Shown here one piece after another: positions 13,938 through 25,546 of a stretch of 64,000 bases of DNA. Origin of the DNA: Zancudomyces culisetae HAW-14-8 (taxonomy: Eukaryota; Fungi; Kickxellomycota); the NCBI GenBank assembly GCA_052426225.1, contig JBNJNM010000008.1:806001-870000 (forward strand). The letters are read 5' to 3'. The stretch's first letter is position 1; each line of letters opens with the position of its first letter. The translations under genes were made by a program, and so were the position numbers. The notes under the pieces are model-generated. The model was not told where the DNA came from, ran no database searches, and saw only the letters and a program-made list of their open reading frames with translations.

Positions 13938-16744
13938 ATGACAGTGGCGATAGACAGAACAGGTAAAGAAAAGCTAATAATCGCATCACACTTTTTGCCA
14001 ACCTTTGTAAAAGTGAAGGGTAGGGATGGCAACGGTTGTGGTTTTCAGTTTGAAAATAGAAGAGATCATGCAGCACTATATGAGGGAATCAGAAGCTTAA
14101 AAAAGATAGCGAAGGAAAAGTACTCTGAATGCATTACAGTTGGACATTTAGGAACTATCCTGGAAGAAGATAAATCAGAGAAAAATGTGTCTACGTTGGA
14201 TGCTAGTGACATTACCAAACTGAAGCAGGAATTGTGGTCAAATGAGAGACAAGTCCCGGTATTGTTGGATCAAGCTGACGCATACAACCACTATGAAGGT
14301 TATTGTAAAAAAGGTAACTGTTTTAATTTTCCTCCTTTTTTTATGCAAACGCATAGGAATAGTATAATATATTTTTTACCTAGCGTAAAGAATTTGTTAG
14401 ATATATGATAAGAGTAAAAAAAAAGTTGATTCAAGCGGCTTGGACTAAATGCGTAACAAATAAACGTGGATAATAGTGCTTTGGCCCTTTTTACATTATA
14501 TTCCACTACCTGATGAGGCGAGACCAAACACTAGCTACTGGAAAGGCTATATCAAGGTAAATGAGGCATTTGCGGACGTAATTGCACCACTATGTGAAAG
14601 CGATACTATAGGTAAATAAAGCAATATTATACAATCTTGTAATTAAAATTTTATATATTAAAAATTGCTTTTAAACAGCAAAGTAAATATGAGACATGAT
14701 TGGATATAGTGTGGATCAATGACTATCACCTGCTGTTATTACCAAAGATGCTAAGAGAAAGAGTAAAGAACATAAGAATAGGATTGTTTTTCCACATTAC
14801 TTTTCCGAGTTTCGAAATATTCAGGTCTCTTCCAGGTAAATTAACAAAAATCAACATACTTAGTAAAGTATAGCCACAATATTTGATGATTTAATGAAGT
14901 AATTAACAAGAAAAACTTCAATTGGGTATATAATGGTTGAGAATCTGTTAATAAAAAAAATAGAGAGGGTAGAAATATTGGAGGGAATGCTACACAGTAA
15001 CACCATAGGTTTCCAGACGTTTTCGTATTCCAGGCATTTTTGTAGCTCGTGTACACGGATATTGGGAGTAGAAACAACACCAAAAGGGGTAGAATATAAC
15101 AATACGTTTGTATCGCTGGAGATAGTTCCAATTGGTATAAATGTAGAAGAGTTAGAGAGGGTTCGAAAGCAACCAAGTGTTTTGGAGAAGGAAAGGGCAA
15201 TATTGAAGATGTTTGAGGGTAAAAAGATAATAGTCGGTCGTGATAAAATGGATACAGTCAGCGGAATCACTCACAAGCTCGATGCGTTCGAGTGCTTTCT
15301 GAAAGAATATCCAGAGTGGAGAAACAAAGTTGTTTTGGTACAAATATCACAGCCAGGTCAAATAAGAGACGCAAAGTTGGAGGCAAAAATCTCAGAGAGG
15401 GTCACACAGATAAATAGTATCTACGGATCGCTTGAGTTTGTCCCAGTTCATTTTCATCGTACATATATTGAGAATGATAAATATTTGGCTCTTCTTAACA
15501 TTGCCGATTTAGGATTAATCATGTCGGTGAGGTCAGGAATGAATACAGTATCGTTGGAGTATATAGCCTGTCAAAATGAAAAACATAGCCCGCTAATATT
15601 AAGTGAATTTACAGGGACGGCAGGATCAATGTGTGGAGCAATCCAAACCAACCCGTGGAATATGTATAGTGTTGCATCTTCAATCAACAAAGCTTTGTTG
15701 ATGTCAGAAGTAGAAAAGGAGCAAAGGCACAAACAAATGTACGCATATGTGTATTCACACAACTCCGAGTTGTGGGCCAGCTCCTTTATCAACAGTATAC
15801 GGAAAAATTTTGCTCAGTATGATATTTCAAATACCAAAGAGCTTGATAGGCTTATGATATCTTCGAGATACCGCACTAGCAGCAAAAGGCTTTTGCTGTT
15901 AGATTACGACGGAACCTTGACACCTATAACAAACATTCCATCAATGGCACTGTTGGATGAAGAGACAGTTCATACTCTGGCCTCCCTCTGTAAGGATGAA
16001 AGAAATACAGTGTGGGTGATCTCGGGAAGAGACATAGAATTTCTGGATAAACATATGGGCCACATAAAAGGTCTTGGAATGAGTGGAGAGCACGGTGGAT
16101 TTATTAGAAACCCTCATGGTGAATGGATCAGTCTGGTTGAGCGTTTGGATTTATCATGGATGCCCAAAATCAAATCGATTTTTGAATTTTATACAGAAAG
16201 AACCAAAGGGTCATTTATTGAGGAGAAAAAGGCTGCAATAACTTGGCATTATCGCAATGCCGACCCTGAATACGGCACATTCCAGTGCAACCAATGTATG
16301 GACTATTTAGAAGGTGTCATTGCCTCTAATATGCCCGTAGAAGTTGTTGTTGGTAAAAAATGTCTTGAGGTACGACCTTCTGTGGTAAACAAAGGCGAAA
16401 TAGTTTCACGAATCCTCAACTCAAACCCTTCCGATTCCCCATACGACTTTGTATTTGTAGCTGGCGATGATCGGACTGATGAGGATATGTTCAAAGCTAT
16501 AAATGATTTTGTTGCCGAGCAAAACCAAATTCCTTCCTCCCCAAACCTCTTGCCAAACAATACCTCTGGTACTTTGAAACCGTGTATGTCCAGCGCAAGT
16601 CTATCCCAGAGTCTCTTTCAACCTGATGCAGCGGATCAAAATTACTTTACCGTACTAGTAGGTCCTCCAAATAAGAAAACCTCTGCTGCATGGAGCGTTC
16701 GTTCTTCTAAAGAACTGACAGATTTTTTTGCGACTTTAACTTAA
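13938..16744 (+). CDS. TPS2: Trehalose-6-phosphate phosphatase (GT20 + HAD phosphatase domains), 4 exons
   Basis: HYEGYCKK|VLWPFLHY, WINDYHLLLLPKMLR, FFHITFPSFEIFR; C-terminal HAD domain with LLLDYDGTLTP, WVISGRD, SGEHG, WHYRNADPEYG, VAGDDRTDEDMF intact. Confidence 0.93.
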
Positions 16745-17061
16745 CTTTAATTTCAAACTGCTTTGAGGAGATGGAGGCAATACAGGAGAGATACGATTGT
16801 AGCTTCCAGGCTCTTTTGCTAATGTTTGAATGTCAGTTTACATTTTTGATTTGTCCATAAAGTTTTTTTTTTAAATTTTTATTTTGGGCTATTTAACTTT
16901 TTTTTAAAAATGCTGATTGGCCACTTAACTTGAAAGCAAATAAAAAAATGGTTTAAAACGAAATTTATAAGTTTATAACACTAATCGAATTTACAACACT
17001 TTGATTTTCGAATTCGCTAAAAACTACTCGAACTTGCACAATTCTAGAAGCAGAGAAGAAT

Positions 17062-17982
17062 ATGGAAGATAATTCACAACACGAGGCCACAGATCAAAAG
17101 GTAAAAAAACATCCGAGGGGATTTGTTGATCCGGAAACTGGCGAGGTTTATAATCTACATAACTTGAATCCAATCCAACAACAGCGGGTAAGGTTGTTAA
17201 AACTGCTTAAAAATCCGGAAAAGCCTGTGCATATACCAGAGCCAAAAAAGAGATCAGAAAGCTATGTCAACGAACCACCAGAGATTATCAAAACGTACAC
17301 AGGTAATAAAGAAAAACCTCACTGCGGAAATCTACCTCAGATTTTATGCATGTAACAATCACACTATAATTTGCTCCTTAATTTAAAAAATATAAACAAA
17401 GCATACATACATACATACAGGTTCCAGCGCTGGTGCCGGAAGTGGGGATTTCCATTTGTATAGAAACCTGAGACGAAAAGAGCTAGCTAGACAATCACAC
17501 ATGGAACGTGAAGCTAAAAAAGTAATTTATTTTTTATTACCTTAATACGATCATTCCCGCATATATTCCCTTGAAGTGATATTAATATCTTTATGATGTC
17601 AATATAGGAGCAAAAAATTTTGGATTTCGAGGAAAAAAAGCGAAAGATTGAGGAAGTCGAAGAAAACAAACGGAAAAAGCGGAAAGAACAGCGACAACGA
17701 AGGCGCAATAATGGTGACAAAAAAAAGGTGAATCTTGAAAAGCTAGCCGAGCCAGAGACAAGTAACCAGTTTAAGATGGTTCCAAACACCTTTGCTTTAT
17801 CCGAACAGGGGGATGATCTAAATATAAAGTCACAGATTTCAGATTCAGATGCAGAACCACTGGTGTCAAGCACACACAATAAAGACACAAACCCACTACA
17901 CGGCACGAACATTTCCTCTGACGAAAATAGTGCCAAGACTAGTTCTAGACATCGCACATTTACAAACATAATCGATGAATAG
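17062..17982 (+). CDS. PRKRIP1: PRKR-interacting protein 1 homolog (DUF1168), splicing factor; 3 exons
   Basis: [12 protein letters not shown]...PPEIIKTYT|[25 protein letters not shown] matches the DUF1168 signature; K/R-rich tail. Confidence 0.88.
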
Positions 17983-18267
17983 CTATTGAATGGCAGAGCA
18001 ACTAACCTTGAACCTTTACCCATACTTTTGTACTTTTCAACGAACCAAAGTGTTGTAGCTACAGTTTAGATAGAATTGTGAGGATAAAATGAAGAATTGT
18101 ACTACCATATCAGACTCCGGAACTAACTTATCCTAGCATACTTAACTGTTTTATTTTTCTTTCTGTACATTTATTTCGAGCCAATTTATTTCAGCCTAGT
18201 AAAAAAATCGGCACCATGCTGATAGATAGGAAAAATACCAAAATACATTAAAAACAAATGAAATGAT

Positions 18268-19075
18268 TTAATACGAAGCCGGTTTGTGGGTGTTGTATGA
18301 ATATCTAGACATATTGTGAGCTAAAGCTGGTATCTGTGTTCCGTACTTGGTACTATTTTCATACAGTTCAAACAATGGAACCGCAACTATTTTTATATTC
18401 TTCGGGAGACAAAGTTTTCGTTTTTCAGGTAATTGAACCATATAAATTCGTTTTATTTCCTTTGGCCTTGTTACATGCGCCGGTTTATAAGGATACTATG
18501 TGATTTTTTTTACATCGATGGCATGTATTTTAATATACAATTTATACAATCAAAGAATTTCATTAGTCCAAGATTATTTGATTTTTTTACCAAACCAGTA
18601 AATATAGCATTTACGAATAATATTTATATAGCAGAATGATTTGAAAAATTCAAATAAATCGGTTACATACCATGTAGTTTTCAAAATTGGGCCTCCACCA
18701 AGTCGCCAGTAGCTCTGTAACATCCCAGTCCAAATCCTCAACCTCAGTCTCGTCTGGTGCATCTGATTTCAATGGTGCCAATTTCATGTTTAATCGTTTT
18801 TTCAGACCCTCTACTTCGTTTTCTCCAGGCTTTAGGTAGTCTCCCGGTAATTTAAAGAATGAGTTTGCTATTTTAAAAAATAACATGTGAGGAAAATTGT
18901 TTTCATGAACCACCAAGGCAGCTTCTACAGAGATTCTAGGCTTTCCCGATTCGGAATACTCAAGTTGTAGCCGTTTCATCCGTGATTGAATTGACGGATC
19001 CTCCTCGGTTTGAGCCTCTTTGTAGGATATAGGATAGTTTTCTAGCGGATATATATCCAACGTCGGTGAGCTCAT
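18268..19075 (-). CDS. NUDT21: Cleavage factor Im 25 kDa subunit (Nudix; exons 19075-18671, 18495-18268)
   Basis: IYPLENY...EEDPSIQSRMKRL...FFKLPGDYLKPGENEVEGLKKRL...WWRPNFENYM|YPYKPAHVTRPKE...VAVPLFELYENSTKYG. Confidence 0.93.
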
Positions 19076-19437
19076 TTGTCTATCTTGCAATCTCGTTTTG
19101 TTTTTTTATTTTGTGTTGAGGAAGTGGGTAATATTTCTTCAAAATGAATCCTTGATTTTAAACAAATTAATTGCTGATGATTTTGAAGAATGTTACCAGT
19201 TGTACAGTTAACTAAAAATTAGTCATGTGAAAATAAAATCAGGCGAAAGTGTGGATATTCAAAATTATTCCACTAGTATACTATAAAAAAAATAAAAAAA
19301 TGTAGATACCAAGTAAAAGATGACTAAAGGTCAGGTTCAGTATAGACATTCTGACTACACAGCAAACATTTAATCATTAAATTAAATAAAAACTGCAACT
19401 ATAATACTACTACTTATAAATCTGCTAACAAGAAAAT

Positions 19438-19509
19438 TCCGCAATGGTCTAGTGGCTAGGATCCGACGCTCTCACCGTCGTGGCCGGGGTTCGATTCCCC
19501 GTTGCGGAA
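19438..19509 (+). tRNA. tRNA-Glu (CTC)
   Basis: 72 nt; acceptor TCCGCAA/TTGCGGA, anticodon arm CGACG-CT-CTC-AC-CGTCG, T loop GGTTCGATTCC, T-run terminator at about 19515. Confidence 0.97.
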
Positions 19510-20371
19510 CTCGCTTTTTACCTTTTTTACAATTTGGAATTGTAGTTATTTTTGGTGTGTCCGAGCTGGTGTAGTATAATGGCTACATCTTTTTTGTTAG
19601 CGAATCGACTGGAGTTCATAGTAGAGTTTTCCCACCAATGGGTGCACTAGCAGTAAGTGGAATAAAGACTATTAAATATAGCAAAGCTAGCAATATGCTC
19701 AGCGAATATAGACGAGAGCAAACTGCAAAATGAGGATATAATAGCCTTTCTTAATGGAATGTACTACACTTATACATATTTTTACTACATAGTGATTATA
19801 TTAGTACTTTGTATTAAACTTTATTTTTATTATAGTGCTAGTAATAAATGTAGTTGCTAAAATTTTAAACTTAAAACAGAATTTGTTATGTGGGTCGTGA
19901 CCCAATTAAACTGCTAGATTCGGCGTTATAAAGTCAGCAATCATATGATTAAAAAATATATCAGACAAATAATAAAGTCTACAATATATTACACTCATTG
20001 TGGTATGAACTGTGAGTTTATAGCTTAATTCGTAGCTGATACTCGGGTCGTGGATTAGTTAGCGGGTACTATTCATTGGTAAGTATTTTGTATCTCTGGT
20101 TTTCATTACTATTGTGTTAATAGCATTCTATGCTGGTGTAGTATTTTGTCTTTGAAAAGCCTACCTTTTCTTCTTTTTCAGAACCATTTTTCTTTTAAGC
20201 TTTTTGGCTATATTACCTTTTAACCGTTTATATAATAAAATATTTTGAATCTTTCCCGATGCTTGTGTTCTCAAATCGGTAGCCGGTCCCCCATTTTGCA
20301 TCTTATATGGTTCATTCTCAAAGAATTGTGCTAACAATACAACAACAGGTATTGGCGAGATAATCCTAGCC

Positions 20372-20402
20372 CCCAACACCAACACCAACACCAACACCAA
20401 CA
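20372..20402 (+). repeat. (CCAACA)n hexamer microsatellite
   Basis: cccaacaccaacaccaacaccaacaccaaca. Confidence 0.8.
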
Positions 20403-21303
20403 TCACTAGTTTTCTTTTAAAAAACAGCAATACCTGGGTTAAATTTTCGGTTCTAGGGTTGTTTACCTAATATTTTACCGTTGTACGCCACTCATGCTTA
20501 TTTAGGTCTTAGTAACTATGAGTTTTTGACACTATGGTGTCCATGGTGCAAATAATGTGGGTGCTTGCCTTTATGAAGTTTTCTTGCTAGTTCTGAGTTT
20601 AGCTTTTTTTCTTTTTATTGGCTCGTTTCTGAATAATATCGCATATGTGTATATATAGTATGCCAACTTGTGCTTCACAATTTCTACTCTTGACGGTAGT
20701 TGTTTATCTAAACAGCACAAGCATTAGCAACCTTAACAGAGATTTATTTTTAGCAATTGTGTTCCTTTGAGTTTTTCGTTTTGTTTGAAGCCACATTTAG
20801 ATTCAAAGTTTTTTCAAAACTAAGATCAAGAGTAACTAAACACAACCATGTGAATAATAATACCTTTTAGTGCTTATATTTGCAGTGGCTGTTAATACTT
20901 AGTTCGTGGGTAACTAGGAAAGCTAAAAGTCATTTACAAAAGGCAGGATGGCGTGTAAACTAGTTTACATTCAAATATCCAAACAAATACCAAGCCAAGA
21001 TGAAAACACGAGACCAGCAAAAGTGAAATAAAAGGCGAAATTTCAGTTTGGTTTAACTGTAAAGTGAGAATACTTTACAGAATATCGAAAGTTTTTTTTT
21101 TGGCCTACTGATATTTGTTGGTCTAAAATATATTAAAAATAACTGTAAATAGGAATAGCTGCGCAACATATTTAGATGAATACATAGAAAAAGTGTGATA
21201 TATTATAATACAGCTTTTAAGAAAAGCTGATTTTTTCTCTTCAATGAGTAGAATAATTTTATGAACATAAGCAGAAGAGCAAAAAACAAAAATATTGAAA
21301 ATA

Positions 21304-23250
21304 ATGCCATTCAAAAAATTAAGAAAAAAGGTGTATAATAGCATTCACAAGAGGATATCAAAAAATACAACCGCCGAACAAACTAACACCCCCAACGTAC
21401 AAGTTAACCAGGTCGGAAGTTCCCAGAAATTCTACGATCCATCTAAAGTAGTACCACTCAGACCAGATGTAGAAAATTCCAAGGTAACTGGTATAGGTGC
21501 AGAGGAAATACAGGATATGGGGTTTCCAGAACCTGGACATATGGCTGGAGTAAGTCAAATAACTATACCCGAGCCTGCGTTTGAACTCGCAAATACAGAT
21601 TCATTGCTTTGGGCTTCACCTAAAGATGTTCTACAGCATAAAAAAAGGGAATTGAGTGTTCATTCCGATCTTACTATTTCAAATGAACCTGTGCTCAGAA
21701 ATGCAGTAATAAGACCAATCTACTCTGTAAACAACAACAGGGTGTCATGGTATTCAATTTTTTGTGTATTCACCGCATGTCTGCTTCCGTTGACAATAGG
21801 ATATTATGATGCCATCCAGTTTGCAAGTTTCAACATAAATGGGAAGCCATTTCTGGATTCAAAAGTACAGGAGAAACCAAATAATGTTGCACCATTTTCA
21901 AAGGGAAATAACGCTACAGATGCTAAATGGGTTGTTGCCATTTTTATTTTACCAATCCTAGGAATGATAGGATCAATGCTAACAATAGTTATGGGTGAAG
22001 TCATGGGAAGGAGAAGAGTACTTACAATTGCAACGCTGATAGCTCTTGTAGGAGGGATACTGATGTCCGCCTCAAATCATTATGTTATGTGGATTGTTGG
22101 CAGGGGTATTTTTGGGTTGGGGGCAGGGATATCTACAACTATAGTAGTTGTATACTTGTTTGAAGTCACAACGTTGTGGCAAAGGCGGGTCCTGTGTTCA
22201 CTCAATACAATGCTATTTAGTGTCGGGTTTCTTGCAGGTATATGCGTGTCTTTGTTATTTCCATACATATATGTTTGGAGGTTAGCTTGTGCTGTTCCGA
22301 TTATCATTCTTATTTATCAACTTATTTTAATCCAATTCACGAGTGAAACACCAGTCTATTACATGCAGATTGGCGACGTAAAAAACACGCTGCGAAGTCA
22401 GGCAAAGCTTGGAATGATATCCAAAGCGCAAAGAGACGAAGCATTCAAGATGCTGAACGATGTTGTGCTCAGCAATAGATCGATATTTTCAATAGAAGAA
22501 GAGGATATCGAGCATCTCACAGCAAAAGAAAGAGTAATACTATATTTTAAACAAATGAAAACAAGGGAATCGGTAGAACGTCCTCCAGTCACGCTCTATG
22601 AACCCGAAAAGGGTGTAAGTCAAAGCTTAATTGGCGATAGTGCATATGTTGGATTATTGACTCTTTTTGAAAAAAAGCAGCTAAGAACAAATGCACTGGT
22701 CTTATTCACAGTTAGTTTTTTTAGGGCACTGTTAGATATCAACACAATATTATTGTGCCATGAGCTCGCCGAGTATACCATCGGCGGATCCGCTGGACAC
22801 AAATACTTTGACAGTCCTTTAAACCTATTTATCTGTGTATTGGTTTATGTGATATCGTGTATCACTGGTCCGATTCTCATGCGAAAGCTGTCAAAAAACA
22901 AGGTTCTTTCAAGTTCCTTGTTTTCTTTCATTATATTCTTGTTTCTGTACTATGGAATATACACATCAAGGTCAAGAATTATAAGAGAAATAGTTTTGTG
23001 TGGCGCTATCATATCATACGGGATGGGTATTGACTTTATACCAAATTTGACAATACACGAAATGACACTGCCCGCAGCATTGATCGTCACCTCTTCAATT
23101 TGCAGCCTGGGCCACTGGTTAGGTGTAGCCGTAATTCAGCTTACAGTTCCACTACTGTACAACCAAATAGGCGAAAAAGTATACTTTATATTTGGGATTT
23201 CATCAGCAGTGCTTGGAGTCTTAACAATGTATTTTATAAAAAGCGATTAA
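21304..23250 (+). CDS. Divergent MFS sugar-porter family membrane protein
   Basis: Intronless, about 648 aa from the first ATG; about 12 hydrophobic segments; GEVMGRRRVL (MFS motif A), GRGIFGLGAG, VYLFEV, WR, SETP (PESP-like). Confidence 0.8.
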   Translation: MPFKKLRKKVYNSIHKRISKNTTAEQTNTPNVQVNQVGSSQKFYDPSKVVPLRPDVENSKVTGIGAEEIQDMGFPEPGHMAGVSQITIPEPAFELANTDSLLWASPKDVLQHKKRELSVHSDLTISNEPVLRNAVIRPIYSVNNNRVSWYSIFCVFTACLLPLTIGYYDAIQFASFNINGKPFLDSKVQEKPNNVAPFSKGNNATDAKWVVAIFILPILGMIGSMLTIVMGEVMGRRRVLTIATLIALVGGILMSASNHYVMWIVGRGIFGLGAGISTTIVVVYLFEVTTLWQRRVLCSLNTMLFSVGFLAGICVSLLFPYIYVWRLACAVPIIILIYQLILIQFTSETPVYYMQIGDVKNTLRSQAKLGMISKAQRDEAFKMLNDVVLSNRSIFSIEEEDIEHLTAKERVILYFKQMKTRESVERPPVTLYEPEKGVSQSLIGDSAYVGLLTLFEKKQLRTNALVLFTVSFFRALLDINTILLCHELAEYTIGGSAGHKYFDSPLNLFICVLVYVISCITGPILMRKLSKNKVLSSSLFSFIIFLFLYYGIYTSRSRIIREIVLCGAIISYGMGIDFIPNLTIHEMTLPAALIVTSSICSLGHWLGVAVIQLTVPLLYNQIGEKVYFIFGISSAVLGVLTMYFIKSD

Positions 23251-24914
23251 AGTGCTGCACTGTCTTGTTGGTCATTTATGCTAGCCAGTTTTGTAATATT
23301 GTAACTACCTATCCCTGCAACAAGGTAAAGTGTAAAAATGTAAAAAGGCTGGTTGGGGGGAGGGGGATTTACTTTTTTTGTGGGTTACTTTTTGGCTAGG
23401 AAGTCAGGATCAGTCCCAACTAAAACAAACATTTTTTTTTAGTATATAGCTTTTTTTTTGTTTTTTTATATAGTAGAAAACACAAGAAGCTCAATAAATG
23501 GATACTTTATGCTATATTAATAGCTTGAAATAATGCAGCTCAACCAACTGAAATTATTTTGACAACACCACAACCACTCTTCAATTGAATACTATACAAA
23601 AAGGTATGCTATCCGTTTAAAAATCGTTCGAGATAACGGACAGCTTGTTGTTCTTCTTTTCTCCATATTACATATTTGAATTTATCTTTCCTTTTATGGC
23701 ATAGAAATCCGGCATGCGACGAACTTTCGGTTCATTGCCTGTGCCACTTGATCTAGAATGAAACTATGATGATGTTAGTATTCACGCCCTCGTCCATCTG
23801 TTCCCTTTTTTTTTTTGCTGTTTGTTGTCATTGGCTCTAATTTCGGCGACACTAGCAGTTACATCCTGTTTAAATTTGCGTACCTGCAGTTAATTTGCAC
23901 AATTGTTTAGAGTGGTGCTCCCGGCGTAAATTTTTTTAACTGTTTTCCCTCCCATATCACTCTTACGGTCAAGCCTAAATGCAGTTCAAATCAATTTAGC
24001 TAGGTTCGTATTTTTTTTTATGAAAAAAGTACATTCATTTTACAAGAGTTTGTCTGCAATTTAATTTAATTTTTTTACTTTATATGCAGAGCTAAGAGTT
24101 GATTTTAATTAAAATATAAACAAATAAAAATATTTAATTTATTTTTTAGCTTTAAAAAAAAAATTATATATATATCTGAAATACTAGAGAACAGAACTAC
24201 TTACCTCGGTTCATATGGTTATGATTTATTTCTAGTAATTTTACTCTTAGTAAAAGGTTGTTACAGAATTGTTGATTCAATACTCATGGTAGGTTTAATT
24301 CTTTTTAAAAATATACTGACAAGATTCGAGCAATTTATCACAGTGTTCATATTCTATCACTAAGCTTTTGGGACAAGGTTTATTGCGAGATCAAGAGAGG
24401 GGTACTATAAAATCTTCATAGATGCACTTTACTTTCATTAATTTTTCAAATTACTCGCACATTCTCTCTTTTCTGCATTTTCCTATGATTAACTTGTGGT
24501 AGTTTTGAACATCAGCACTCACCTCCTCCCCCACCCCAATAAAGGTTGGTAGATAATTGAAAAAAGATTTGTAGCTGGCTTTAGATCTTTACCAGTTTTT
24601 TTGTATAGGATATATTTGAAGCTTCGATTGATAAAAGCAAGAGCGAATCTCAACGATTAATCGTACGCTTGTCATATCTGAAGAATGGATTGAATACACC
24701 TGTATTTATGAGGAGGGCCATTGGTCGTTTCCCAAGGTTTGTTTGAACCGATTTATTCGAGCGATATAGGGTATACTATATAGGAACGGAAAGAGGTGTG
24801 TAATTTGACGTTTAATTCGATGGTCTCAGTGTTTGTTCTTCATTCTCTTTTTTTCTAAAGAATATAAGATTTGGCTTGAAATAATGTAGAATTTTTTTTC
24901 TATATTGTGAATTT

Positions 24915-24940
24915 GGGGAGGGGGTTGAGGGAAATGAGGG
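24915..24940 (+). other. Potential G-quadruplex motif
   Basis: GGGG-A-GGGGG-TTGA-GGG-AAATGA-GGG: four G-tracts with loops of 6 nt or less. Confidence 0.5.
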
Positions 24941-25035
24941 TGGATACCAAGTTTGAAAAAGTGTTTAAATGCTTCGTTATGCGACATTTAACCTATTAAT
25001 AATTATTTATAGACACGATAACACGCAATTTAATA

Positions 25036-25043
25036 GCGCGAAA
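25036..25043. promoter_or_regulatory. Candidate E2F/SCB element (GCGCGAAA = TTTCGCGC)
   Basis: Exact consensus about 500 bp upstream of the INTS3 ATG in CpG-poor DNA; function inferred. Confidence 0.35.
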
Positions 25044-25546
25044 TAACGGAAATAGTAGACTTAACAAGATCAAGGACGGACAAATTAAAAGAGGTAAGAA
25101 AAATTTGCTTAGGACGAAATTGTGGTATTTGCTGGTATTTCTGTTTCTACCTAATTCTGACTACTCGTTATTTTGATACATTTACAATGGTATTGATGTG
25201 GAATCTCTTGATTATTTAATAAGTAACGAAAAAGACTGAAAACTGAGATTTCTATTGTAAAAGAGAACGTGAGAAGAAAAGAAAAGGATTCAAGATCAAA
25301 TAGTAATGTTTGCAAATTCTTTTATTACTTTTCAAAACCGCAAACATAATTTATACCTATCATTTTTCCTCGATGGTAATGAGAGAGGATAAGGAGGATA
25401 CAAAGAAATGATATGTTAGTGTAGTTAAAGCCGGATATAAACCGTTAGATTTGTTTGTTATTTTGTAAAGGATTCAGGATAAACCTAGAGATGAAGTAAA
25501 AGTAATGAAATAATAACCACAATAGTTTAATTGAATACTAATAGAA

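Noticed and set aside
19554-19595. tRNA-like fragment GGTGTGTCCGAGCTGGT and a small hairpin after tRNA-Glu
   Set aside because: No T arm or cloverleaf; the match is too short.
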